From: Ostreococcus lucimarinus
Taxonomy: Eukaryota
NCBI GenBank assembly: GCA_000092065.1
Contig: CP000584.1
DNA: 64,000 nt
Strand: one strand, 5' to 3'
Within the stretch, counting starts at the first letter, position 1, and the number at the start of each line of letters is the position of its first letter. The position numbers and the translations under genes were made by a program. The notes below the pieces were generated by a model. It did not search any database. It worked only from the letters and a program-made list of their open reading frames with translations, and was not told the origin of the DNA. Shown one piece after another: positions 1 through 9,276 of this stretch.

Positions 1-157
1 CCCTAAACCCTAAACCCTAAACCCTAAACCCTAAACCCTAAACCCTAAACCCTAAACCCTAAACCCTAAACCCTAAACCCTAAACCCTAAACCCTAAACC
101 CTAAACCCTAAACCCTAAACCCTAAACCCTAAACCCTAAACCGAAACCCTAAACCCT
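1..157. repeat. Telomeric repeat array (CCCTAAA)n: about 20 perfect copies, then degenerate copies (ccgaaac, ccctacg) at the centromere-proximal end
   Basis: Seen directly: perfect 7-bp period from base 1 to about 143, then variants. The C-rich strand is written 5'->3' at the left end, as expected for a chromosome start. The TTTAGGG type is the plant/chlorophyte telomere repeat. Confidence 0.95.
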
Positions 158-742
158 ACGCATGAGGGAGGGAGGCGCTTCGGGAGAAGTGCCGTAACCG
201 ACCGACTAGCTAAGTCATTTATTACACCTACTCCTAGTCTCTCTAAACCGTACTAAACCCTAAAAAGTCACTAGCATTCGCATCCTTCCTGTGCACCTTC
301 ACGACACCCTACGGCCATCACTCGTCGACCAGCACGGCACCGCAGACTTCCCCCTCGACGCTCCGGACGTCTCCGGACTCTTGCGTCAAAGTTCCTTCTG
401 CAGTGTTCGTGTTGGACGACAAACGACCAGTCGTAGTTTGTCCTCTGTGAAAATAACGGAACCCCAAGCACTCCTCTTGCGTGACACACAGTCGATTTGA
501 GTGGAAAGCCTGCGGCGGATCCGTTATGCCGCAAGCTTTCTCACACAAATTTCTTCGTTGCCATCTCGAAACCCAGCACGACGCGCGCCGTGAATCGTCG
601 TCTTTGAGAAAAAATTGAATTGAATTGAATTGAATATATTCTGTTGTCGCTTAATCGAGATACTGTTGTGAGCTCGCCCTCGAAATGTGTGCGCGCGTCG
701 ACGAGCGCGATGCGTCTCGAACGTCGCTCGTCGCGAGCGCGC

Positions 743-2026
743 TCATCGCTGAACGATGATGATTTGCGGCTCTTGTGGCGGAAACCCGACGGGCGCGCTG
801 TGGGTGGGGATGCCGAGGCGCGCGCGGAGCCTATCGTCGGCGAGGCGGCGACGCCTAACGCAGAGCGCGACCGCGACGATGATGGACGCGACGACACCAA
901 CGACGACACCGGCAATTTCAGCGTGCGTAAACGTTCTTGCATTCGACAACGGAGCTGCGTCGCATGCCGTGTCCGTACCCAAGCGGAGGTCGCCCGCGGC
1001 GTTGGTCGTCCCGGCGGGGCACGACACGCACGCGTTGGCGACGACGCGCTGGTCGGCGAGACACATGCGGATAGACCATGCCGAGGGTGGACCATCAGTG
1101 GATGTACTGGCATCGTTGCGTTCGTACTTTGAATTCCAGGCGGTTGCGCCATTAAACATCCACGCGGCGTCTGTCACCGCCGCCGTGTTCCAAGCAGAGA
1201 CGTCTTGGTTGAAGGCTACGGCGTTATCGAACATGCGTGTCATGGTCGTCACCTTCGCCGTGTTCCAAGCAGAGACGTCCTGGTTGAAGGCTGTGGCGTT
1301 ATAGAACATGCGTTCCATTGTCGTCACCTCCGCCGTGTTCCAAGCAGAGATGTCTTGGTTGAAGGCTGTGGCTTTGTAGAACATGGAGTTCATTGTCGTC
1401 ACCGCCGCCGTGTTCCAAGCAGAGATGTCTTGGTTGAAGGCTGCGGCGTCATAGAACATGGCTTGCATTGTCGTCACCGCCGCCGTGTTCCAAGCAGAGA
1501 TGTCTTGGTTGAAGGCTATGGCGTTCCCGAACATGGCGAACATTGTCGTCACCGCCGCCGTGTTCCAAGCAGAGATGTCTTGGTTGAAGGCTGCGGCGTT
1601 ATGGAACATGCGTTCCATATTCGTCACCGCCGCCGTGTTCCAAGCAGAGATGTCTTGGTTGAAGGCTGTGGCGAACGCGAACATGTACGCCATCGTCGTC
1701 ACCTCCGCCGTGTTCCAAGCAGAGATGCTTTGGTTGAAGGCTGCGGCGCCATAGAACATGCCGTCCATTCTCGTCACCTGCGACGTATTCCACGACCCGA
1801 TTGCGATACCGTTCCCTTCCTTGCAGTCCACGGACGACGACGAGCAGTCGCACGCACCCGTCGCATCAGCCGCGAGACAGTTAGTGATAGCGGTCCCGAG
1901 ATTAGCACCATCCGCCGGGAAAGGAGCCGCCCGAGCGCGCAGCGGCGCGATCGAGATCGCGACGAGCGCCCCCACGAGCGCCGCGACGAGGGCTTGACGG
2001 CCATCGCCTCGTCGCGCCCGCTTCAT
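743..2026 (-). CDS. Subtelomeric type-I membrane protein with about 10 tandem DUF285-type repeats (motif AFNQDISAWNTAAVTxMxxMFxxA). N-terminal signal peptide, C-terminal TM helix and a short basic tail.
   Basis: ATG verified at 2024-2026 on the minus strand. The hydrophobic N-terminus MKRARRGDGRQALVAALVGALVAISIA fits a signal peptide. Repeated 27-aa units match the DUF285 (PF03382) consensus F..A..FNQDIS.W(N/D)(T/V)S.VT.M..MF. A TM segment (IAGVVVGVVASIIVAVALCV) is followed by RRRR. Confidence 0.7.
   Translation of the reverse strand: MKRARRGDGRQALVAALVGALVAISIAPLRARAAPFPADGANLGTAITNCLAADATGACDCSSSSVDCKEGNGIAIGSWNTSQVTRMDGMFYGAAAFNQSISAWNTAEVTTMAYMFAFATAFNQDISAWNTAAVTNMERMFHNAAAFNQDISAWNTAAVTTMFAMFGNAIAFNQDISAWNTAAVTTMQAMFYDAAAFNQDISAWNTAAVTTMNSMFYKATAFNQDISAWNTAEVTTMERMFYNATAFNQDVSAWNTAKVTTMTRMFDNAVAFNQDVSAWNTAAVTDAAWMFNGATAWNSKYERNDASTSTDGPPSAWSIRMCLADQRVVANACVSCPAGTTNAAGDLRLGTDTACDAAPLSNARTFTHAEIAGVVVGVVASIIVAVALCVRRRRLADDRLRARLGIPTHSAPVGFPPQEPQIIIVQR
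990..1800. repeat. 81-bp tandem repeat array inside the DUF285 gene. The core, about 1176-1745, is roughly 7 copies that are nearly identical at the DNA level; flanking copies are more diverged.
   Basis: Seen directly: gccgccgtgttccaagcagaga(c/t)gtcttggttgaaggct... recurs at 1176, 1257, 1338, 1419, 1500, 1581 and 1662 with only a few substitutions. Confidence 0.85.
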
Positions 2027-2579
2027 CCTGCCGCGGACGACGTGCTCGAGGCGCGAGACCGTCGTCGGCTTCGAGAGAACCTTCGTAAACGTATCGACGC
2101 CACGCGTCCGATCGCGTGCGTCTGGCGCGACGCGTCGTCGCCGACGGCGTCCGCGCGCGACGCGATCGACGCAGACAAGAAGACGATGACGCGTTCGCGT
2201 CGGCGTGTCGGGCCGACGCTGAGAGGCGAGCCGAGAAGTCGCGAGGTCTCGCCGCGATCACCCACCGCTCGCGCGCCGCGGTGTCCCGTCCCGTCGCCTT
2301 TTGTCGCGGCACGTGGATAACGTTTGTCAAAGGGGACTTGAAGAGTGCCGAACTGGCCAAATAGAGCCAACTTTTCGTGGCTGCTTAGTTCTTAATATAT
2401 GGCTAAATCCAGCCTTGATTTTTTTGAAAGTGAAAGAGTGAGTGAGTGAGCGGTCGAATTTGGATACAAGTTTCTTGACTTCCTATCAATGTTTTCCATT
2501 TTGATGATTTCATTGATGAGATTTGTTCTTTCTTTTTTACTATTCGCCATGCCTACGTTGAATTTCTATGTTCTATGTT

Positions 2580-3947
2580 TCAGCTACCGCCCCTCTTCCC
2601 CGCCCTCATTTTCCCGCCGGTCACTCGACCTTTCACGGCCGACGCGGCGGGTTCGCCACTCACGAGTCGGTCGAGCGCCACGCCTTCGCGGTGGAGTTTG
2701 CGACGTTCCTTTGCGCGATCACGGTAGCTCATGACGACTTTTACGTCCTCCTTCAAGACGGACGGTTCTGGCTTCGGCGCCGAGGATAACGTGGCGACGA
2801 CGGGCCGGCGCTCTGTCTCTTCTTTCGGCGGCGATTCGACTACGCTCTTCGATCCAACTTGGGTGTACTCCTGCGTAGTTTCGTTCCATGAGTACCACGC
2901 GTTCGTGATCGCATTGAAAAACAGCCCCGTGTTCGCATCGTACAAAATTCCAGTCGTTTTGTGTCGATAGTACCCGGTGGCTTTGTCGAAGGTGTAATCG
3001 CTTTCGGAAGCGGCGGTCGTCATCGCAGACGCGGCGGTGGCCTGTAGAATAGCAACCTGAGCCGCCGCGCTCACCGGTGTCGCTAGTTTCTGAGACAGCT
3101 TTGATATGGAAAACTCCACCGAAAGCGCGCCGTTCGTCCAATCGCCTTCCCGAAACGCCGTCCCATCGAGCAAATCCTTCACCACTCGAGCCTGCTCTAT
3201 CGACGTGCAATCAACGAACGCAAATCCTTTGCGAAACCCAGTCTCCCTCTCGACGGGCATTTGTATCGAGCGAACAAAAAGCGTTTTGTCGATTGCACTC
3301 ACCTTTTTCGCCAGTTCTTCCTCCGTCGCGTCGCTTGGGATGTTTCGTATGAAGAGTACGGGCGTCGGATGCTTATCGGCGGCAGCGCGGTCAACCTCAT
3401 CTGTCCTATACTTCTTGTCAGCTTCATCTTGCGTGAAGCACTGAAAACACGCCGACCTGCGCGCGAAGTTGAAACTGCCGCAACTTGCGCAGTCCCAATC
3501 TCTCGCAGTCGCTGGCGCCGACGTCGATGCTGTAGCGCTCGAACGGCGCGCGTCTTCGCGCGCAGCGCGTACAGGCTCGTATTGCGGTCGAACGCGATCG
3601 CGATCGGCGTCACACACGTCGTACTGGTCGCGACCACCTCCAAATCGCGGCGGTCCATCGTAATAAGGATCTCGTCGAGGCGGCGAGCGTCTCTGCGAGC
3701 GTCGTTCGTAATAGGGGTCTCGCCGAGGCGGTGGTCGCCGAGGCGGCGACCGTCGATCGTGATAAGGATCTCGCCGAGGCGGCGAACGCGCATAATCATA
3801 GTCATAGCCTTTGTCGTATCCGCTCCTTTCATAGTCTCGCTGTCTGTACTCCCGGCGGTACTCGTCGCGTTCGTCGTTGAAATCGCGTCCCGGGGCACCG
3901 AATCTCGCTCGCTCGTGACGATCGTCTTCGCCGAATCGCCGCTTCAT
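2580..3947 (-). CDS. RBM5/RBM10-like (plant SUA-like) RNA-binding protein. It has an RD/RS-rich region, a RanBP2-type zinc finger (W.C..C...N......C..C), an RRM and an OCRE-like aromatic domain.
   Basis: First in-frame ATG (MKRRFGEDD) verified at 3945-3947. The long ORF listed by the track starts on TTG at 4145. Domains recognised by motif: WDCASCGSFNFARRSACFQC (RanBP2 ZnF), LFIRNIP...KGFAFV (RRM RNP motifs), YTFDKATGYYRHKTTGILYDANTGLFFNAITNAWYSW (OCRE-like). The N-terminal RRM1, C2H2 and G-patch of canonical RBM5 were not found, so the gene model may be incomplete. Confidence 0.5.
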   Translation of the reverse strand: MKRRFGEDDRHERARFGAPGRDFNDERDEYRREYRQRDYERSGYDKGYDYDYARSPPRRDPYHDRRSPPRRPPPRRDPYYERRSQRRSPPRRDPYYDGPPRFGGGRDQYDVCDADRDRVRPQYEPVRAAREDARRSSATASTSAPATARDWDCASCGSFNFARRSACFQCFTQDEADKKYRTDEVDRAAADKHPTPVLFIRNIPSDATEEELAKKVSAIDKTLFVRSIQMPVERETGFRKGFAFVDCTSIEQARVVKDLLDGTAFREGDWTNGALSVEFSISKLSQKLATPVSAAAQVAILQATAASAMTTAASESDYTFDKATGYYRHKTTGILYDANTGLFFNAITNAWYSWNETTQEYTQVGSKSVVESPPKEETERRPVVATLSSAPKPEPSVLKEDVKVVMSYRDRAKERRKLHREGVALDRLVSGEPAASAVKGRVTGGKMRAGKRGGS

Positions 3948-4272
3948 CGCTCGGTACGACGATGTTCCTTCCTGAGTGTCACACCTGCCTCGCGTCATCG
4001 CGCATCGTGCGTTAAAATGATCGTCAGCGCCTTGACACAACCTATCGACGACGACAGTACCCCGATTGTCGTCGTCAAGAAGTACTGCGCATCTCGTCAG
4101 CGCGCTCGCTCTCGAAACGTCGCGACGGGATGAAATACGAACCAAGCCACCGAGTGCGCGTTGTCAAACGTCTTCGAGCGCTGGGTCAGGCAAGCAGCGC
4201 TAGCCGCGTCCAAACCTACCGGCGTGGTATGCCGCGTCATTTCGCGGAGGGGGTCCGCGCGGTCCGACGACG

Positions 4273-5358
4273 ATGTCGCACTCGAGCACACGCGTGCTCG
4301 CTTCGGCGTCAACGCCTCGTCGACGACGTCTAGTCAAACTCGCGAGACGAAGCACGCGAAGCTTCGCGTCGACTTCGTCGAGCGGAAGCCGTAACTCGGA
4401 CGTTGACGCGTCGGTTGTAACCCCAACCGAAGCGCGCTACGTCGAGCGCGGAGGCGGGGCGGAGACGCGTGCGAACGCGAGCGGTGTCGCCGCACCGACG
4501 ATGGTGTCCTACGTCGTCGCGCGCGGCGATAGCTTGTTTTCGATTGCCGCGTCGCACGGCGTCTCAACAGACGACCTCGTCGAAGCGAACGCACTCGGTC
4601 TTCGACGATCTATAGAGGTCGGTCAGTCGCTTCACGTGCCGGTGAATATTGATCGTGCATCGTTCGCCGTTAGAGCAAAGTTGCGCGCCACAGATGGCCG
4701 TGTGGGCACGACGCCGGCTACGCGAAAGCTGTTTCTTCGAGACGTTTGGTCACCACAGCGGTCTTCACACTCGACGATGACATTCGGGTCGACGACCGGT
4801 AAGGCTTTACCATCGCTACAAGTGTTCGGCGCTGCTAGTTTCGTCGTCGCTATCATGCTGACATTAGTTTCTCGGAAGCCGAGCCGAGCGGTACAGAAGA
4901 CGTACGACGACGAACGACAGATGGCAGCGACGGTATCGGCGCCAGTCCCCGAGTCCGACGCGTTAACGGACGGCGGTGACGTCGTAGTTGATGAGATAAC
5001 TGAGACGATTGAAATACGATCGGCTTCTGGGAAAACGAAACAGATTTCGATGCCAGAACCAAGCGATGAAGAAGACAGCAACGATGACGGGCCGCGTTGG
5101 GTTGGCGAAGTCAACCCACCTGACAAAAAAGGTGTTACCCCCACACTGCCAAAATCGGCGAAGAAGGTTGACGTCGCGAGACTTGAAATGCGAGCCAATA
5201 GGCGAGCTCAAAGCTCTGCGCGACGATTGCAGAGGTCCTCTTCTCGCACGGCGATTCGACAAGAGGGCCACGGTGCAAGCGCGCTACCAGCGCTCGTAGG
5301 TGGCATCATCTTCGATCTGCAATCGACTATAGAGCGTTTGCGCAGTAAAGTGAAATAG
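4273..5358 (+). CDS. LysM domain-containing single-pass membrane protein
   Basis: ATG verified at 4273. LysM motif YVVARGDSLFSIAASHGVSTDDLVEANAL...GQSLHVP. A later hydrophobic helix LPSLQVFGAASFVVAIMLTLV is followed by an acidic/basic tail. Confidence 0.55.
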   Translation: MSHSSTRVLASASTPRRRRLVKLARRSTRSFASTSSSGSRNSDVDASVVTPTEARYVERGGGAETRANASGVAAPTMVSYVVARGDSLFSIAASHGVSTDDLVEANALGLRRSIEVGQSLHVPVNIDRASFAVRAKLRATDGRVGTTPATRKLFLRDVWSPQRSSHSTMTFGSTTGKALPSLQVFGAASFVVAIMLTLVSRKPSRAVQKTYDDERQMAATVSAPVPESDALTDGGDVVVDEITETIEIRSASGKTKQISMPEPSDEEDSNDDGPRWVGEVNPPDKKGVTPTLPKSAKKVDVARLEMRANRRAQSSARRLQRSSSRTAIRQEGHGASALPALVGGIIFDLQSTIERLRSKVK

Positions 5359-5401
5359 AACCGAAAGATGACTTGCTGAATGATGTGATCCATTTAGAAA
5401 T

Positions 5402-6118
5402 TTAACACGCCTCTCCGCGCTTGGGGACCCATTCGAACATCCAAACATCGCCAAAATCGAATCGCGCTCTTTCGTCGAATAGCTCGTCGATGAATTCAAA
5501 AAATTGCGCGTCGTGAATCAAGTTTTCGCGAAAGTGGTACGCAAAGACCACGACCCCGCTACGTTTCGAGCACAGTACCTCTAAGGTGTTCGCCAACGCC
5601 TTTAAAATGTTCCGGGGTTGGTGGTACAGTACATCCGAACATAGAACAGTGTCAAACACTTCGCCCTGCCACTCATCGAGCTCGCCCCACGCGCACGCGC
5701 GCACGGTAACATCGGCCTCCTTTCCTTGTGCAACGTTTACTTCAACGTTCTTTTCGAGTAGCTCCAACTCGCTCGGTAAATCAGTGAGAACTACGCTCGA
5801 CGGACCCAACCTCGCCGAGACGAGTCCTGGTAGCCCAGTTCCCGCACCAACTTCCACGACGCTTCGTCCAGCGAGCAAGCGCTTGGCGTGATCGATCAAG
5901 AACTCGCACATTACGGGAGCGGTATCCCACACCCATCGCGCCGTTGCGTCGACCTTTACTTCACCGATGTTTTGATGCACTGTGACGGGACTTCGCCATG
6001 GCGGCGGGAGCGCGAACGAAACCGTGGCTGCGCGACGGTCGACGCCACTGAACGAGTGTGAACCACAAGCACCACGTCGGTTACACTCAGATTCGCTCGA
6101 GTTCGGCGACGCCTCCAT
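5402..6118 (-). CDS. Class I SAM-dependent protein-lysine methyltransferase (Methyltransf_16 / METTL21-FAM86-like)
   Basis: ATG verified at 6116-6118. Motifs WVWDTAPVMCEFL, VVEVGAGTGLPGLV (motif I), VLTDLP (motif II), CAWGE and DVLY match the PF10294 pattern. Confidence 0.6.
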   Translation of the reverse strand: MEASPNSSESECNRRGACGSHSFSGVDRRAATVSFALPPPWRSPVTVHQNIGEVKVDATARWVWDTAPVMCEFLIDHAKRLLAGRSVVEVGAGTGLPGLVSARLGPSSVVLTDLPSELELLEKNVEVNVAQGKEADVTVRACAWGELDEWQGEVFDTVLCSDVLYHQPRNILKALANTLEVLCSKRSGVVVFAYHFRENLIHDAQFFEFIDELFDERARFDFGDVWMFEWVPKRGEAC

Positions 6119-6299
6119 CCGTCGTCGTCACCATACGCGCTGAGGAATGTAACGTCAAACGTCGAAGACTCCAGGTACTTTTCCTTTTTACAAGGTGGTG
6201 GAAAAATGACTTCGCGGTCTCATCGACGCCGCAGACGCGCGCGCGGTGCGTCGCGACCGACGAATCGCTCGCGAACGCGATCGATCTAACGCGTGAGAC

Positions 6300-8093
6300 A
6301 TGGTGTCTTACGCGCGCGCGCACGATCGGCGCGCACCCGCGATCGGCGGCGCCGTCAAGCCCGTGCGCGAGGGCGAGCGCGAATACGGGCGCGTCGTCAC
6401 GCTCAAGGAAAGCTTTGGATTCATACGATGCGGGGCGAGAGTGGAGGACCCGTCGCAGGGCGATCGCCGCGCGAGAGGTGGACCGCCGCGCGAGGCGCAG
6501 GTGTTCTTCCACGCGAGCGAGTTCCATCGCGAGCTGGCGAACCGAGACAAACCGGCGCTCGATCCTGGGGACCTCGTGAGCTTTGTGTGCGGACCGAGCC
6601 CGAACAGGGACGGACTCAACGCGTTTGACGTTCAAAAGTGCGACGACGTGGACGTGGCGTGGCGCATGGTGAGCGAGAACGTCATCGGGGCGGTGTCGAG
6701 GACGTTGAGAGGGAAAATGAAACGCGACGCCTACGGCGGGCGCGTGGCGTACCAAGCGTACGACGAAGGCGACGCGAGAGCGTCAACGGAAGAAGAGTCA
6801 GAATCCCGACGCGATGCAGAATCGAAACTTGAGCAAGATGACGAGAGCGCCGTGGACATGGACGCCATGAAGGACGAAATCGAGTTTACCGGAGCCGATC
6901 TCGCCGAGGCGTGTCGGCTGTCAAAGCTCAGGCAAGGCGTCAAGGTGAAGTTCACGCTTTCGTTCGATCCGTACTCGCGCGCCATGCGCGCGTCAGATAT
7001 TCGCGAAGCGTTCCCACAGTCAGATAACTCGGCGGAAGCCGCCACGGGCGTGGACAGCAATGATTGGAATAGAGAAAAAGCCCCGCTGGCGGAGGACGAG
7101 TTTGGTGTGATTAGCATAATCAAGTCCAGTTATGGATTTATCAAGTGTTGTTCTAGACCGAAAGATTTGTTCTTTCATTTTAGTGAATTAAACGAAGACG
7201 TGGATGCGGCGCGAACGGGACAGGAGGTGAGTTTTCAGGTAACCACGGAGCCTAGGACTGGAAAAGTCGTCGCGGCCGGCGTGAGATTCGCGCCGAAAGG
7301 CAGCGCGGTTTTCGCGACGGTCGACGACAGACCGTGTCGTGGGGTTTGCACGACGAAGCTGATGTTCACAAAAGGGTTCCCTTCCAAGGACGGCGATCGA
7401 TCGACTCCTAAGGGCGTGGTAGAAGAAATGACGGGTCGAGATGGAGAAACGAAAAAATTTGCATTTGATCGTAGTGGGCTGCTCGACGCTCGGCAAAACC
7501 CTCGAGAAGGAGAATTGGTACAGTTTTGCGTGCAAACGGACAAGCGAACAAACGTCGCGTCGGCGTGCAAAGTGCAAATCATGCGTTTCACTGGCAAGGT
7601 GACGTCGACGAAGAGCGACGGCTTGTACGGTTTCGTCGAGCACGTCGATCAAGGTACGGGCGTTCAAGGCAAGGCTTTCGTGCACGGGGCTGAGGTGGAG
7701 GGTCAATCCAAGCTTAACGTCGGCGATGAGCTCGAGTATGCGCTTCAAGTTGGACGGAAAGCAGATGAATTTGCAGCCAAGCGCGTGAAAGTCGTCGTCG
7801 CGGCGCCCGTAGATCCAAACGCGGCGCCAAGTCGCCCTGATTCGCCTCGCGTCAACCGAGACAATCAGTTCTCGGGCTCGCAGTTCAAAATCACCAAGGG
7901 CCCCGACGGCACTCGCGGCTTTGAAATGGGGCGCGGAAAAGGTTTAGCGGAGAAAGCAGCCGCAAACTTTTCACAACTGAAGATTGAAGCTCAATCTTTT
8001 GTCCCTCTCCCTCTCGGCGGCGCCGAAAACGGCGACGAGAGTCCCGGCGACGCCGTGAGCGTCAAAGCGAGTGCGGTCGAGGACGCGCCGTAG
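6300..8093 (+). CDS. Multi-cold-shock-domain RNA-binding protein (CSDE1/UNR-like), with at least four CSD-like units
   Basis: ATG verified at 6300. Repeated CSD signatures: GRVVTLKESFGFIRC, GVISIIKSSYGFIKC...FFHFSEL, FTGKVTSTKSDGLYGFVEH...AFVHGAEV. Confidence 0.55.
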   Translation: MVSYARAHDRRAPAIGGAVKPVREGEREYGRVVTLKESFGFIRCGARVEDPSQGDRRARGGPPREAQVFFHASEFHRELANRDKPALDPGDLVSFVCGPSPNRDGLNAFDVQKCDDVDVAWRMVSENVIGAVSRTLRGKMKRDAYGGRVAYQAYDEGDARASTEEESESRRDAESKLEQDDESAVDMDAMKDEIEFTGADLAEACRLSKLRQGVKVKFTLSFDPYSRAMRASDIREAFPQSDNSAEAATGVDSNDWNREKAPLAEDEFGVISIIKSSYGFIKCCSRPKDLFFHFSELNEDVDAARTGQEVSFQVTTEPRTGKVVAAGVRFAPKGSAVFATVDDRPCRGVCTTKLMFTKGFPSKDGDRSTPKGVVEEMTGRDGETKKFAFDRSGLLDARQNPREGELVQFCVQTDKRTNVASACKVQIMRFTGKVTSTKSDGLYGFVEHVDQGTGVQGKAFVHGAEVEGQSKLNVGDELEYALQVGRKADEFAAKRVKVVVAAPVDPNAAPSRPDSPRVNRDNQFSGSQFKITKGPDGTRGFEMGRGKGLAEKAAANFSQLKIEAQSFVPLPLGGAENGDESPGDAVSVKASAVEDAP

Positions 8094-8289
8094 AGGTGGA
8101 TTTCGTAGAGGTGGATTTGCGTAGATGAATTTTTAATACTACCCTTCCATCATACGACGCGCGTTTGTCGTCGTTCGAGCGCGATAGACCCGACTGACAG
8201 CACCACACCTGTGTTGTGCGTTATCCAGACTGCCGGACTGCGGGACGTCGACGTCATACAACGACCCGGCGCGAGACGAGCCGCGCGCG

Positions 8290-9216
8290 ATGACGTTCAC
8301 GACGACGACGAGGCACGCGACGATGACAACCGTGGCGTCGACGGCGATGAAGTCGACGAGCAAGACGACTCGCGTCGCGCATCGTCGTGCGGCGACGACG
8401 ATCGCAGCGACGACGCGAACGATCGCTCCGCGCGTCCACTCGCGACGACACGGGCTCGTCGCGTCACCGAACGTTGAGCGACGACGCGCGAGCGTGCGCG
8501 TGAGCGCGAGCGCGGATGGTGCGGAAAGCATGACTCGTGTGTGCGCGTTGGAAGAGCTCCCACGCGGGGATCGCAAGCTCGTTCGAGCGCTCGGCAAGAG
8601 CATTTTGATGTTTTGGTATCGCGACACCGTGTTCGCTATCGAATCTCGCTCGCCGGCCGAAGGAGCGTACAGCGAAGGTTTCGAAAAGGCACGTCTCACG
8701 CAAGATGCCTGCATCGAGTGCCCGACGACGAAGAGTAAATTTGATTTGAAGACGGGCGAGATCAAGGAGTGGTATCCGGAAAACCCGGTGTTGAAAGCGT
8801 TGACGCCGCAAGACACGTGCCGCCCGATGGAGGTGTTCCCGGTGGAGGTCAGAGATGATGGTATTTATCTTGACGCCAAGAATGGCTCGCTCGGCCCGGG
8901 TTTCGTTGCCCCGATCGGTTTGGGTGGTTCGAACACGTCTTTGGAGAACAACAACGTCTTCGCCGTCGAGACGCCGATGTACGTGGAGGGTGAAGGTATC
9001 GGCGGCTCCATGGCATCCGGAGGTGACAGCTCTGGTAAGATGGACGCAAGCCAACTCGGCGGCGCGATTGCGGTCGCCGGCGTCGTCGCAGTCGCCGGTA
9101 CGGGAGCGTGCCTTTACTTTGAGAACTTTTATGCGTTGGCCGCGCTGTGGATCGCCGGCTTTGCCGCGGCAGCCGGCGTGGCGTTGAAGACCACGGGCGC
9201 GCTCGACGAGGAGTAG
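8290..9216 (+). CDS. PSB33/TEF5-like chloroplast protein. Rieske-like domain lacking the 2Fe-2S Cys/His ligands, plus a C-terminal double TM anchor. Predicted transit peptide.
   Basis: ATG verified at 8290. The Ser/Thr/Arg-rich N-terminus looks like a transit peptide. The Rieske-fold region CALEELPRGDRKLV...CIECPTTKSKFDLKTGE has no CxH/CxxH boxes. C-terminal hydrophobic helices (AIAVAGVVAVAGTGACLYF / ALAALWIAGFAAAAGVAL) match PSB33 architecture. Confidence 0.45.
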   Translation: MTFTTTTRHATMTTVASTAMKSTSKTTRVAHRRAATTIAATTRTIAPRVHSRRHGLVASPNVERRRASVRVSASADGAESMTRVCALEELPRGDRKLVRALGKSILMFWYRDTVFAIESRSPAEGAYSEGFEKARLTQDACIECPTTKSKFDLKTGEIKEWYPENPVLKALTPQDTCRPMEVFPVEVRDDGIYLDAKNGSLGPGFVAPIGLGGSNTSLENNNVFAVETPMYVEGEGIGGSMASGGDSSGKMDASQLGGAIAVAGVVAVAGTGACLYFENFYALAALWIAGFAAAAGVALKTTGALDEE

Positions 9217-9271
9217 ATCGCATTACCCATACTATTGTCGTCCTGCCCTCTTCATCTCTAATAGCCCGAGA

Positions 9272-9276
9272 ATGTA
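9272..9276 (+). terminator. TGTAA polyadenylation signal 56 nt downstream of the PSB33-like stop
   Basis: Seen directly (atgtaaaaatc). TGTAA is the chlorophyte poly(A) signal, by established knowledge. Similar motifs follow other plus-strand genes, e.g. 14214-14218, 43532-43536 and 55166-55170. Confidence 0.4.

Noticed and set aside
2023-2370. ORFs 2023..2370 and 1902..2360 downstream of the RBM5-like gene, considered as a possible G-patch exon
   Set aside because: No G-patch (G..LL.KMGW..G.GLG) or C2H2 motif is present. The sequences are low-complexity and overlap the DUF285 gene's 5' region.
8920-8935. tRNA-like T-arm motif ggttcgaac, and other scattered gttcga strings such as 57648-57660
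   Set aside because: They are embedded in good coding sequence or lack the acceptor/D-arm complementarity expected of tRNAs. No convincing tRNA, rRNA or snRNA was found by eye. A covariance-model scan (tRNAscan, Infernal) would be needed to exclude small RNAs.
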